From contig OZ024740.1 of NCBI GenBank assembly GCA_964016885.1, forward strand, positions 338,892,001 through 338,956,000: DNA of 64,000 nt. The letters are read 5' to 3'. This document shows positions 29,217 through 42,053 of this stretch, piece after piece (the first letter of the stretch is position 1; every line of letters begins with the position of its first letter). Under the pieces are notes generated by a model. It saw nothing but the letters and a program-made list of their open reading frames with translations, was not told the DNA's origin and did no database searches. A program made the position numbers and the translations under genes. Source of the stretch: Eledone cirrhosa (taxonomy: Eukaryota).

Positions 29217-29476
29217 TTTCACCGTATTTTAGACTAAAGAAATTTCTTGCCTGATAGTGGGGTTTATAACCCTCGGAGAAATGGAAAAAGATGAGTGTTG
29301 CCGTACATGTACGGCAACACTCATCTTTTTCCATTTCTCCGAGGGTTATAAACCCCACTATCAGGCTAGAAATTTCTTTAGTCTAAAATACGGTGAAAGC
29401 TTATCATTTCTAATTTCTAATTTCAAACTCGCACACCGTTTCAAAAACATACTTACATGTTTACGTTTATAATTTG

Positions 29477-29478
<2 letters not shown>
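29215..29478 (+). repeat. Near-perfect 186-bp palindrome plus ~78-bp tail, between (TA)n arrays
   Basis: 93-bp arms (29215-29307 / 29308-29400), no spacer, one mismatch seen. Confidence 0.9.
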
Positions 29479-29556
<78 letters not shown>

Positions 29557-30149
29557 ACCAGTAATCTACTGGCTAATTGCTGGCCTTGTGCCAATGGTAG
29601 AAACAATTATATATATATACCATATATATACATATATATATATACTATCTATGATACGTTGTTTACCAACGAGTGGAACTGGTAATTCTGGTTAATAAAC
29701 GATGATTCAATGAATTAAAGCACTCGATGTTATGCAGATCATCCATCGTAGATATGGTATCTATTTGTTGGTGCAAGGACGGAGTGAAATAGTCATCAAA
29801 AACAACACCAGATGCAAGACGCAGGCGATTTCATCAGGTGTTAATTGCAGAATTAGTTTTATAAGAGAACAGGATTTGGTGAACACAAACAGAGAATAGA
29901 AAACAGAGGACTGATTCTGATTCGGGGATAGTCCACCGATTCGATCTTATTGTAACGGCAGATCATCTGCAATTAGCACCTGATGATATCACCTGGGTTT
30001 TGCATCATATTTGGATGATGAAACAGGGCCATTGAAGTATGTTTAGTGTTTTCGCGGAATTAGAATTATAAAGTTTCTAGTCCGGCCTTCTTTTGATGTT
30101 TTTAATGAGTGTAAATATATAGGTGGGAAAAAATATATATATATATACA

Positions 30150-30298
30150 GGTAGAACACTGGAAGGTAATATCCGTAGTGGAAGAGCACTCAGTTCATGG
30201 GTTGAGTTAAGTAGAAGTGATAACACAACAGTTAGTTCACCATACCGCTAAGGTGAAACATTTGTTCTCGATATGGTGAACTAACTGTTGTGTTACCA

Positions 30299-30301
<3 letters not shown>
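30150..30301. mobile_element. Fold-back stub of the 15985-16813 Naiad 3' end
   Basis: Arms aagtgataacacaacagttagttcaccata / tatggtgaactaactgttgtgttaccactt; contains the HHR 3' half ccgctaaggtgaaacatttgttctcg. Confidence 0.8.
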
Positions 30302-30366
<65 letters not shown>

Positions 30367-30461
30367 AAAAGAGTCAGGACCCCGACGGCTGAACTCCGGC
30401 CGTTTCAACAGCTAGATCCGTTTTGACAGCAGATATATATATAATAATTATTATTATTATT

Positions 30462-30630
30462 GATTGGCAGAATTGGTAGAGCGTCAGAATGCTTTGAAGC
30501 ATAGAGTTATGCCCTTTACGTTTTGAGTTCAAATGCCACTGAGGTTAACTTTGCCTTTCATCCTTACGGTGTAGATAAAATAAAGCACCAGTAATGCACT
30601 GGGGTAATTGTCCCAAAAGTAGAAACAATT
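30462..30630 (+). mobile_element. tRNA-derived SINE
   Basis: A-box, B-box and family 3' end. Confidence 0.8.
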
Positions 30631-32750
30631 ATTATGTATATATATATATATATATACATATATGTATATATATAAAAACAACAGACGGCTGGACTGGAAA
30701 CTTTATATTTTAATTGTATATATAGTGTAAGTGATTTGGTGAATTACTGGTGATATATTCTACTGTGTGAAAGAAAAAGATAAACAACAATTCCGGTAAT
30801 TTAAGCGTTTCGTCTCGAACCTCCTTGTTTGAAAAGAAACACTTATAGACTTTTAGTCTGGCAATGTCCAGTGACTTTATTTTAAACAACATATTGAATA
30901 GAACCGAACCACAAAGAAGTGTATGCTTCACTAAGAATGTCTAAGATGACCGAAACATGTCCAGAGTTATTTCCTTTACCTTTTTTATGTTCACTATGTG
31001 TCAACAGTAATTTAACAATTGCTTTTCATATGGATGGCGTCTTTAAGAAATTTAATGTCGACGATTTATTTGTTTATTTTAATAACCCCAAAAGAAACAT
31101 GAACGTCCCTGCCCTTTAAACCACAGATGTTAAATCCGATCAAGAAGGAACTAAAGTTAGATTAACATTACAAATAATCAGAACTACTTTGCCCACTTAA
31201 AAAAAATGTTTAAATCAAATTTAGCATGAATTTTATGACTTGGTGTTAGTTGAGAGTTAAGAATAGCTTGCACGTAAAGATTTTAGAATTTTAATAAATT
31301 TAAGCAACGTGTAACTTTACAAATCAACTGGGATAAAAACCGTGTTATCAGAAATATGTTATACTTCGGATGTTCTTTCCTTGTTGGCAGTGAATTATGT
31401 ATGAAAATTACAGCAATACTAACTAAATGGAATCTCTAAGTTAACAACAGACCTCAATCAAAAATGTCTGACAATAGACATAGTAACAGTGACAAAACAA
31501 ATTTTCTCTTATCTAACCAACTGATTAAAGATATGTTATATCACATTAGGCTACATCAGTATTTACTAAGTTCAAATGCATTAACGTAGTATTTCTTCTT
31601 CGTAGATAACTATACAGTCTTCATTGTTTCTGAACTTAACGGCTTTATAAACCTAGTTCTGTCTACATCTGTGGCTCTATTCAGTATGAACATATATCTA
31701 CAACCAGTTAAAGCAACGATTTCAACAGAATGTTAACCCTTGTTTAAAATGAAAGTGTAAACGATTTCTTAATTATCTGTGAAACCTTAGGAAATATATA
31801 AGTGCGATCTGCTTCGGTAAAGAATATCTCTACTTCAATGTTTCGTAATTAGGAAAATAGAAATAGAAAGCAATAAAGTACGAATATTTGTGAATGCTGA
31901 AGGATATATTATGAAAATGTAAACAATCTGTATCTGACAAGATGAAGTTTATTGGATTCTTCCATTCTCCCTTAACCATTTCTTCAAAAGTATCTATTAA
32001 CGCTATTAAAATAGATATAGTTACAATTCTCCCGATTGTTCAAAAATCGATGAGAAAACTTTGTGGAAAATGTTAAATAGGCAATCATTGCGAAGGGTTG
32101 CAATATCTTTATTATAGTTGTATTCACGACTGTTTTTGTTGTTGTCATTGTTGTTGTCGGCGTTGTTGTTGTTGTTAATGATGATGCAGTTGCAGTTGTT
32201 AATACGGCAGTTTTTGTTTTGGTTACTGCTGCAAATTAACGGATTAAAATAGTGAAATAAATTATCATAAATAACTATTACTGTGGTGGATAACATTACG
32301 ATGAACTAACTTAACACCGGATAAGAACTAGAAACAGTGTTACATTACAGACATAGTTTGTTGCAGCAGTTGTAGTAATTATTGTATAAACCTATACCAA
32401 CCCTTATCACATGATTAGTAATACTTTGTACATGGGAACGGTTGTTGCTCGAGGAAGTGAGTCTGTTGTCCAAACCTGGTGAGTGTGCCGTACCAACGCG
32501 AAAGTATAATCGACGTTCGCATTGCAACTAGGATACGGAGAAATCATGATGTAAAACAATATGTCGTCTCTGCATGAACAAATCTATGATCAAATGCACT
32601 CAATCAAGGACAATGCCGTCTTCTTTCTCTGTGTATTGTATACCTACGGCAGGATTATCACAATTTATTTTCGATTTTTTCGATCAGAGATTCTCAAATT
32701 GGGCGCTAAATAATACATATTATGTAATATTTATTTATACATAGTATATG

Positions 32751-32940
32751 GTGGTGGATTGGCAGTATCGGTAGAGGGTCAGACGCCATACTTTGCATCA
32801 TAGAGTTACGGCCCTTTATGATCTGAGTTCAAATCCAGCTGAGATTAACTTTGCATTTCATCCTTACGGGGTCGATAAAATAAAGTATCTGTAATGTAGT
32901 GGGATAATTGCTAGCCTTGTGCCAAAAGTAGAAACAATTA
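32751..32940 (+). mobile_element. tRNA-derived SINE, full-length
   Basis: ggtggtggattggcagtatcgg...gagttcaaatcc...agaaacaatta. Confidence 0.85.
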
Positions 32941-32948
32941 TTTATCTC

Positions 32949-34110
32949 TCTATATATATAAAACAGAGGATGTCTGTCTGTCTGTGTAAATCTCTAAAAC
33001 TCAAGAAGTACCCGACCGATTTTTCTCAAACTTTACACATGCGTTACTTATATTTCTTGAAGTGCAATAGGCTAAACAAATTTAACTTGTTCTGCCCTTA
33101 GGCGAATAAAACGCATTTTTAAAGGCAATTTTAGGCTTTTTTGAGGTGTAACTTAAAGATAATCCAGCCGATTTCCTCGAAATTTGCAGCACACATTAGT
33201 TAGTCCCTTCGCATTGCTGTGGACAAAAATTTCCGATTCCATTAATTGTTTCTAAGAAATTGACGAATTAGCATTGGGCATTACATGGCATTTTCATTTT
33301 CAATATAAACGCTACTTAAACATCGTAAGAGGTGTATAATATTTCGTTAAAAATTTGGTTCATTTAACAGAGAACACAACACTTACTTTTAAACAGGACT
33401 ATTTTCGTGGGATTGAGGAAATGAGGAGGACCTTCAAATTCGTGTCGGCGCCCTGTTGACGCTTCGTGCTTTCATCACGCGCAAATCCGGGCCCTGTGTA
33501 CGTTGCCATGTTATTGATACCGTAAAACTCACGTCTGTGCTACTTATACTAAGACCCCTTGTGTTGCACCTACACCGCAGTATCAACGCCCTGCGCAGGT
33601 ACGCCGAACAGCGGTTGTGCTAATTCCGCGGTGACCCCTTTTGTCGCACCTTTGTTGCTGTGTAAACACAGTGCAACCAGTGCCGCCCAGCGTTTGTGCT
33701 AAATGCACTATGACCCCCTTCTGCTGCATCTCCATTGCCACGCTGATTTCGTCATCTCTATATCCCTACTTAAACGTACATCCCTACTTGGTTTTCACAC
33801 AATTGACTACGTCGCTCCTTCAGACTCACGTGTGTTCTCCATCCGTGACCTAATTCGTGAACAGACTTACGACATACATCGCCCCACAACACTTACTTAC
33901 TCCTTTCACATACAGGATTTCCGCAATCAGCCCACTGACACTGCTACTACTGGAATTGGCCTGTTGGTATTCTACGTTTCCAGTAGATGAACAATCATTC
34001 CCTGAGAATAAGGGAATTCAAAATGTACACAGCTACATTCCTCAATCTTTGCATATGCGTATTGCTATTTCACGTTTCCTACCCCATGCAACGCTGGGTC
34101 CTGCTGCTAG
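32949..34110 (+). mobile_element. Non-autonomous Helitron
   Basis: 5' TCTATATATATAAAA..; 3' hairpin cccatgcaacgctggg followed by CTAG|T. Confidence 0.75.
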
Positions 34111-35301
34111 TTATATATAAATTAACGATTTTATTTATTATATATTATCTACTATTTGCGTGTAGGCAGCTCTCTCTGGAAATGGGGTTGTGGTTGCTGA
34201 GGGTATTACGTGGTCGTGACGGGGGCAGTGGCCCCAAAAGATTGAGAACCTCTGTTTTAGATGGTCTGCATGGATGACTGCTGGACTTTCACAAAACACT
34301 ATTCCTTGGCTCGAGCTTTGGAGAGCAACGTTCCAGATGCAAACCTATAGTCAGTCATGAGCAAAGGGTTGAGGCTGTATAACATGTAATTGCCAGTACT
34401 TGCTCGAATAGTAACCAAATCTTCGTCAAATCACACTCAACCATCTAAAACAGAGATTCACAATCTTTTGTACAATTTTGTACAATGGAAAACTGAAGAC
34501 AGACATATGCTGGCTGAGTTAACTGAAGCAAAGTAAAATAGAGTGACTTACTCAAAGAGATGACTTGCCGCTTGGTCCCTGAATCAAACTGACGACCAAC
34601 AATAATGAGCCCAACATTCTAATCACATTTGTGAGAGCCCCTATTTACATAGTTCCATATAATGAAACCTTGAAATTAATTATCCAAACAGTGTAAGGGA
34701 TGGAGGATTTAATGACCTCATCAGCTGTGCTCAACCGCGACATCAAACTTGACGAAGCTATGCGTTAGGAAATAAAGAGGCAATGTCCAATGTTAGTTAG
34801 AAATCAAAGACTTAAAGAGAATTATCTAGAAAAACAGTTGATTGCTAATTATTTAGAAGCAGTTTCTTTTTTCCCTTCTCCTTGTAACATCCGGTATCAC
34901 TTATGACAACGTACACACATACACACAGTCCTGCGCACATTTACACATACATAAATAGTAAGGCATATACATACATGCATACAGACACCGATACAGGAAC
35001 TCACTCAGACATATGCATACCTACACACACATACATACTCAGTCATATAGTCATACTTACACACAGTTATACACACATACACACACACAGACATGCATTG
35101 GCATTTATACACTCAGACATACACATACATGCATTCCGTCTCATTATCTCCTCTCTCTCTTCTCACCCCTCCTTCCATTCTCTCTCCTCTTCACCAGTCT
35201 CTCTCTTTCTCTGGCACTCAAACCCACAATTAGACAACTCAATTTTCTCTCCCTCACGTACACAAACACTTTTATACTTGCACTCTCACATACACACTCA
35301 T

Positions 35302-35356
<55 letters not shown>

Positions 35357-35447
35357 CACAGAATCTGTCTCATACACAGATTCCTTCTCTCTCCCCATCC
35401 CTCTTTCTCTCTCTCACTGACTTATGCCTAAATATACACATGCCCTG

Positions 35448-35506
<59 letters not shown>

Positions 35507-35636
35507 TACACACACACCTATACACATTCTCTCTCACTCTGCATGTTTGTATTCCTCTCTCCTTCTCCCCCCTCTCTTTCTTTCTGTATGTGTGTATTTC
35601 ACATTCATACAAACAATCACACTTAATCTCTCTCTA

Positions 35637-35677
<41 letters not shown>

Positions 35678-38600
35678 CCCAATACTCCCCACACGCATTC
35701 ATTCACTCATTATCTCTTTGCCTCTTCTCTCTCGTTCCTTTCCACAAACATATTGATTCTCTCTTTTTCTCTCTCATACACACTTAGTCTTCTTCTTCTT
35801 CAACATTTTTCTCCCTCCCTCAATATGTATCTGTCTACTTTTCTGTTACACACACACACACACACACACACGCGCGCGCGCTCGCGCGCGCGCACATATT
35901 TATTCACATGTTTCTCCTTCACTATTTCTACCCCTCTCCTTCTTTCCCCCCTCTTTACCCCGTCTCTATTATTCTCCTCCCCCCTCACTGTGGCTCTCCG
36001 AATCTTTCCCATATAAACACACACAAATATATACTCACACATGCATATATATACTCATACTCACATATACATATAAACTCACATTCATATATATACACAC
36101 ACACAGAGATACACAAATTTATACGATGGTGACTTAATGAATAGCATTTGATTGAGATATAAAAGCAAATCTATAATTATGTCATTGTTGGAAGTATGAG
36201 AAGAGTAAATGAAGAGCAAGTTGTGTTGCCACGTGATGTTTATCGCCACCATTAATGCACACGTTAGATGTGACATCACAGTCTGTTACGATCTTATCAG
36301 ATAGCCTTATGTTATCTCTATAAACGAGGCGGCAAATTGGCAGAGTCGTTAGGATATCGGATTAAACATACCTCCGTGTTTATTCCAGCTCACTGCAATC
36401 TGATTCCAAATCCTGCCGTGATGAACTTTATCTTTCATCTTATCGAAGTCGAGAAATAAAGTATCACTCTAGTACTGGAGCTGGTTGTCTCTTTTTTATC
36501 GCTTTCATTTTTTTTTCTGTCTGAAAAATCAGCTGTGTTAAAGGCCTTTTATATATCTATTCAATAGTATAAAATTTATGGATCCCTAAATCTTGGTGGA
36601 CTTGTAGAGGTTAGGGTTATGACATACAGCGTTTCTAGGGCGTTTGAAAACACGTCTGACGACAACGGATTTCTTCCAGAGAAGGAAATAGTAAGAAAGA
36701 CGAAGTTATAAAGAAGAAGAATCGATCTCAGTACAAGTCTAATACTTTTCTGATCAACCGGAGAGATTTAAATTCAGAGCGCAGAAAGCCGGAACGATGC
36801 CGCATAGCATTCTATCCGATTTGTTAATAGTATGTTATAGATGTTATAGATTTAGACAATCTAATTATTGTTGTAGACCAGTGGTTCTCACGGTGTGTTT
36901 CTAAAAGTATTGGATTAACCACTAAACATACATACATGATGATGGCTGTAACTCAATTTCGAGTAATGCCATCGCTTGGTACTTAAGCATGAGCATCATT
37001 GACATAGCTTTTTAGTTGTGCTAGGGACTTGCCTATGGCCAGCCATGCATCGCAAAAATTGTCACATATCAAGCGATGCTTCTGCTTGAAACTTTTTAAG
37101 TGAGGAATGGCTTTTCACCGGGCCAATCCCACTCTCTGAACATCGAATGCATTTACCCAAAAAGAAATCAGTGGATACAAATGAAGTCACAGGTTTTATA
37201 TCAGAGTGACCTTCTCCTAGAGAGATGTCTTAATGAAGACTTAGAGTCTATTGCTCCACAAAAAAAAAAAAATAATAATCATTATTGGATAGCCATTGAC
37301 TCTCTTGAGTTCCTCCGCCCTTTGACGGATATTGCACCCTCCTCACCAATACATACATACAAATATAAGATGGTCTTCAACATAGATTCAGTCTACGAAA
37401 TTTTGCTCACAAGACATTTGTCATTTCGAGCCTATAGAAGAAGAAACTTGCCCATGGTGCCATGCAGGAGAACTGAACTCAAAACAATGTAGTTGCGAAG
37501 CGAACTCCTTGACTATACGGTAATGCCTGTGCCTATATAAGAATATATAAATTCAGACAATATAAACATTATTATAGATCACTGGTCCCTAAATCGGGTT
37601 CTTAGTAACATCAGAATTCCACCAATTAAGGGTATTTTAAGAACATTTAACGAAAGTTTAATGTTCTCGTTCTCGTTATTTTTTTACGTGTATATTTTCT
37701 TTCTAAACCAGAGTTTCTCCAGATAGTTATTTATTCATTTATTATTTTGCTATCTCTCTTTTATAGAATATATATTTCAGCACCCCACCTTTTAAGTTGA
37801 TAGAAAGTATGGATAGAAAATTAAATAGTAATCATAATCTTCTTTTTTAAATTAACTTATTGAATAATTAAAGTGGCAATTTTCCGATCAACTGCTAATT
37901 CGAATTCTTTTGTCATTTTCTACCTCACCTCTCCTTGTCTTCTAGCGATCTTCCCACCAACCACTCCCTTCAATTTCAATGTCCCTCTTGAATTTCCCAG
38001 CGCCCACTAGGAGGTGATAGCCCAGGCTGGGTATTGTGTATTTTGGACCTCCGTCGGTTTCAACGGTGAATGTTCAATAGAACAACCTACTCGTGAAATT
38101 AACTTGCAAGTGGCTGAGCATTCCACATACATGTGTACCTTTAGCGTACTTCTCAGGGAGATTAAGCGTGATACAGTGTTTGACAAAGTTGGCCCTTTGA
38201 ATTGCAGGCACAACTCATTTTCATCAGCTGAGTGGACTCGAGCAATGTAAAATAAAGTCTCTTGGCACCGGGAATCGAACTCATGACTTTACAAACGTGA
38301 GCCGAACACTCTAACCATTAAGGCATGTGTCTTCACCCACTTTAGGTGTCATGGCGCTATCGAATGTGATGAGTGGGGTTATTAATAAAATATAGGTATC
38401 GATTTCACAAATTTTCGAAAATCGTACAATGATTTGGGAACCCCTGCTGGAAACTGTTATCATCTATACCAATTAGCGATATGTTATTCACAGAGAAAGA
38501 GCATCTTCATCTCATTATTGTAGAAAATATTTGGATGCGCACCAGTTCTGATTTAAAATGTTCGGCTGTATCCATCTGGTCTTTTTCTTTATTTCTTTTC

Positions 38601-38899
38601 TTTTATAGACATAAGCTGTACCTATTCGTAAGGAGTAAACAGTGTCGGGTTTAGGCATAATTTAAATAAGATCTAGTTAAAATTTTCACAACCAACAGGA
38701 ACCCTAAAGACATAGATGGGGAATGTATTGCCTATTTTTATATGTAAGTTAACCTTATTTATAGTAAATAAAAAACATAATTTATACACTATTTTCTTTG
38801 CTTGTTATCTAATAGACTGTTAGCCTTCTGATTTTCGCTTGCATATATTCTCTTCAAGCGTAATTCTTTTAACAAGGGGCCTCCTTACTTTATATAATT

Positions 38900-39370
38900 T
38901 TGGACCTAACCAAGTCTAAATCTGGCTCCTCTTAATGTCCCCTTGTTTAAAACCACCACCTGGTCCTTGGTTGCCTTTAGCGGAGTCCAGTCTAAAGTAA
39001 GCATTTTGAGCAGGTCTCCTGTCTAAAGATAAGTTGAAGTATTTATTTTTACTGCAATAATTCATGATTCATTTCTTTCACCTATTCAGCTACCAGTCTC
39101 AAGATGCCAGTTTAAAAACGGAGTGGTCTCCTGCGTGCTACTGGTCCTTCTTAAACTAAGCTATAAGCTGCAATATTCAGTGTTGTTGATCATAGGCTGT
39201 AGTTTGAATATAACTAATTAAATTTTTTTTTGCTGCAAGCCTAAACATACGTAACTATTCATAATATTTAGCTTCAGTAATTTCTTCAGTTTAATAAAAC
39301 CTCATAAAATATTGAATTGAATAGCGCGGTTAAATGAATATGAATGGTTCTCTGTCTGTCGGTGAAATAC
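38900..39370 (-). pseudogene. Decayed fibronectin type III-like exon remnants
   Basis: With one frameshift and a stop: FKLQPMINN/LNIAAYSLV*EGPVAR (FN3 L.P.T.Y...IAAY...GEGP pattern). Downstream LKMLTLDWTP follows an ..atctttag acceptor. Confidence 0.3.
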
Positions 39371-40922
39371 CGGAAAGAAACTGTACTTACAAGTGTCCTT
39401 TTCATTGTGACTTTTGTTTAGTTTCTAGACTTTTAGCCAGTGGCTTCCACTGATGAATACGAGGTGAAATATGTTGGTAAACATTTCTGATGGATTGGAT
39501 CTATGTCGATTTCGACGATGAGTGTTGCAGTTATTTGATCAACGGATTAGCCTACACGTAAAATCAATGTACATGTAGGTGAGTATTCTAGAAACACGTG
39601 TAACTAATGTAATTATCTGAAATTCAGTGAGCTACTGGGTGTAACGAAGTTGACCTTTTGAATTCCAAGCACAGTCCAACCGACGGGTTTCTAAATTTCG
39701 TTCACAAAGCTTCGACCGATCAAAGACTATGTATAGTAAATCATACTTGCCCAAGACATATGCTATCTGGTGGAATCGAATTCAGAAACTAATGATTGCG
39801 AGGCGAGCTTCTTAATCATTCAGTCGTGCTTCGGTCATGAAAATTTGTAATATGTGTCTATGATATGGTTGTTGTTGTCACCGCAGGCCAGCACTAATTA
39901 ACCGCGTTTATGTTTAAAGGTATTCCAGCCATTATCACGCTGTCTTTTAGTGATAGTTAGGATTGTTTTATTTCCATTCTTTTAGAGGATAGTAAGATGA
40001 GAGAGATTTGGCTATTATTTCTAGCTGATCGAGCAACCAAGTAGAGCTTTCCTGGTTTAGTGAATACAAATGCCGGAACACTGCATGAAATAAGAGCTCA
40101 TTAGTTCGAACCCACTACCTGCCTGATGAAAAGAAACTGATACTACATCGTTGAAAACGTACTGTTTCATAAAAAATATTAAGATAAACCAGTAAAATCT
40201 GTTTTCAGAGATTAGCATCAATATAAATATTAAACTTAGTGGAACAAATTACTTCCTATGCAGTATAAAGTATTGTAATGGTCCATCGAGTAAAGTGAAC
40301 TTCATTTATATTCCTTTTAAGTTTAAATCCATCTTGTAATGTGAATTTGTTCCAAGGCATTGCTTCGGCCAGTGGTTCTCAAATTTAATTTGTCACGGAA
40401 GATTTTCCAAACAAAACCTTTGCCTATAGTTTAGTAGGATATACAGAATGGTGAATTGGCAGAGTCGTTAAAGTGTCGGACAAATGTTTAGAACTATTTC
40501 TACTGGCTATTCACATTCTGAGTTAAATCTTGACGATATAAAGTCCCAACCAAGTACTGGGATCAAACAATTTTAGGAAGACACTAGCGTTCTCCTGACC
40601 TTCACCCCAGTCTGTTCTGTGCTCAAATCAATTCATAAGGCACCTATTGACATCCTTCGTAATGCCCATTTTTCTTTAAAATAAAATGTTAAGTTATTTA
40701 GATATTGCATATCATAATTTTAGAATTTCTAAATACAGAAAATAATAAAGAAAATAACAGAAAAATGTCTTCTATGAAAATTATAAAACACTAGTTGTAA
40801 CCCGATTTTTTTTTTTCAGGACATACAGAAACAGACAGAGACAGACACACACTCACTCTCTCTCTCGGCAACATAAACCTGTTATATTTCATTTCTTGAA
40901 ACAAATTTTAATTTTATCTAAA

Positions 40923-41006
<84 letters not shown>

Positions 41007-41138
41007 TCTCTCTTTTTCTCAATAACAACAACAGCAATAACCTGTTATTATAGTAAAATTCTTATTTTGAAGTCTGTGTTACGTTGTTTATGTGTTGAGG
41101 GGCATACAGAAACACACACACACATACACACACACACA

Positions 41139-41211
<73 letters not shown>

Positions 41212-42053
41212 TACACTCACAAACAACCCTCAAAAACACCACATTTTTGTTTGTTCAGACGTTACATTTTAGTTAATTAGTTAAAAGGGGAGAGGAGTGA
41301 GTGAGAGGTGGGGTGGTATTTCCTTCCTATATAGAGGGTGTGATGGAAAGACTGACAGACACGGCTCTTGTATAGATTTGCAGAACATCAGTATATACCA
41401 TATTTTTAACTTTCTTCTTTGATGCGAAAGGTCTGTGGGGGCTCCTAATCTGGAACAACCTACATACAATTGACCATGTGAGAAACAACCCTCTTCAAGA
41501 TGGAGACTGACAACCTGAAGTGTTTGACCTTGGGACTTGTTGATGGTCATTGCGTAACTGACTCTTACTGGGAATTACAATCGTTTGAAATGATGGGGGA
41601 TATCTGTTAGTATTAGCGGTATGTTGGGTATAAATACGATGTCTCCCTCATCAAATCCTGTGAGAATTTTTAGTGAGAGATTTTTGTTGATGGCATTCAC
41701 TGTGATACTTTAGGGGGAAAGGTTGCTCTTTTCCACAACCACATCTCATTGAAATGGAGGATTTCGAAAATGAGAAACACTTGATTAATTAAGCCACCAG
41801 CGCTTTTCACAACAGTACAAAAATGATGAAGGATAAAAACAAACTTCAGCATCAAGGGATATTTTGTCTTCAGCAAGTTTCAGAAGCTTTCGAAGAAACT
41901 CTGCAAATATGTTGTCACCGTCAGGTTGCACAACCTGGTATTTAATTGAATTCGGTGATACGTGCGTGGCCATAAAACTGGCGATTTTAGGCAAGCTCAA
42001 ACTTGATCGGCGCGATTCCCCTTTGATATCACAAGTAAAGTTTGTCAGAAATC

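Larger units (their letters stand above)
32685..34254. mobile_element. hAT (Charlie-like) MITE interrupted by a SINE and a Helitron
   Basis: TIRs CAGAGATTCTCAA / TTGAGAACCTCTG; 8-bp TSD ttttcgat / ttttagat. Confidence 0.65.

Noticed and set aside
30925-30966. GTC taagat GAC-c-GAAA-CATG-TC half-hammerhead
   Set aside because: The 5' core and stem I partner are missing; not counted.
32751-32835. tRNA gene (A and B boxes)
   Set aside because: Head of a multi-copy SINE; no convincing cloverleaf.
39446-39478. cca-CTGATGA-atacgaggt-GAAA-tatgttgg
   Set aside because: Weak stem II and no proper UH; at best a decayed HHR, so not counted.
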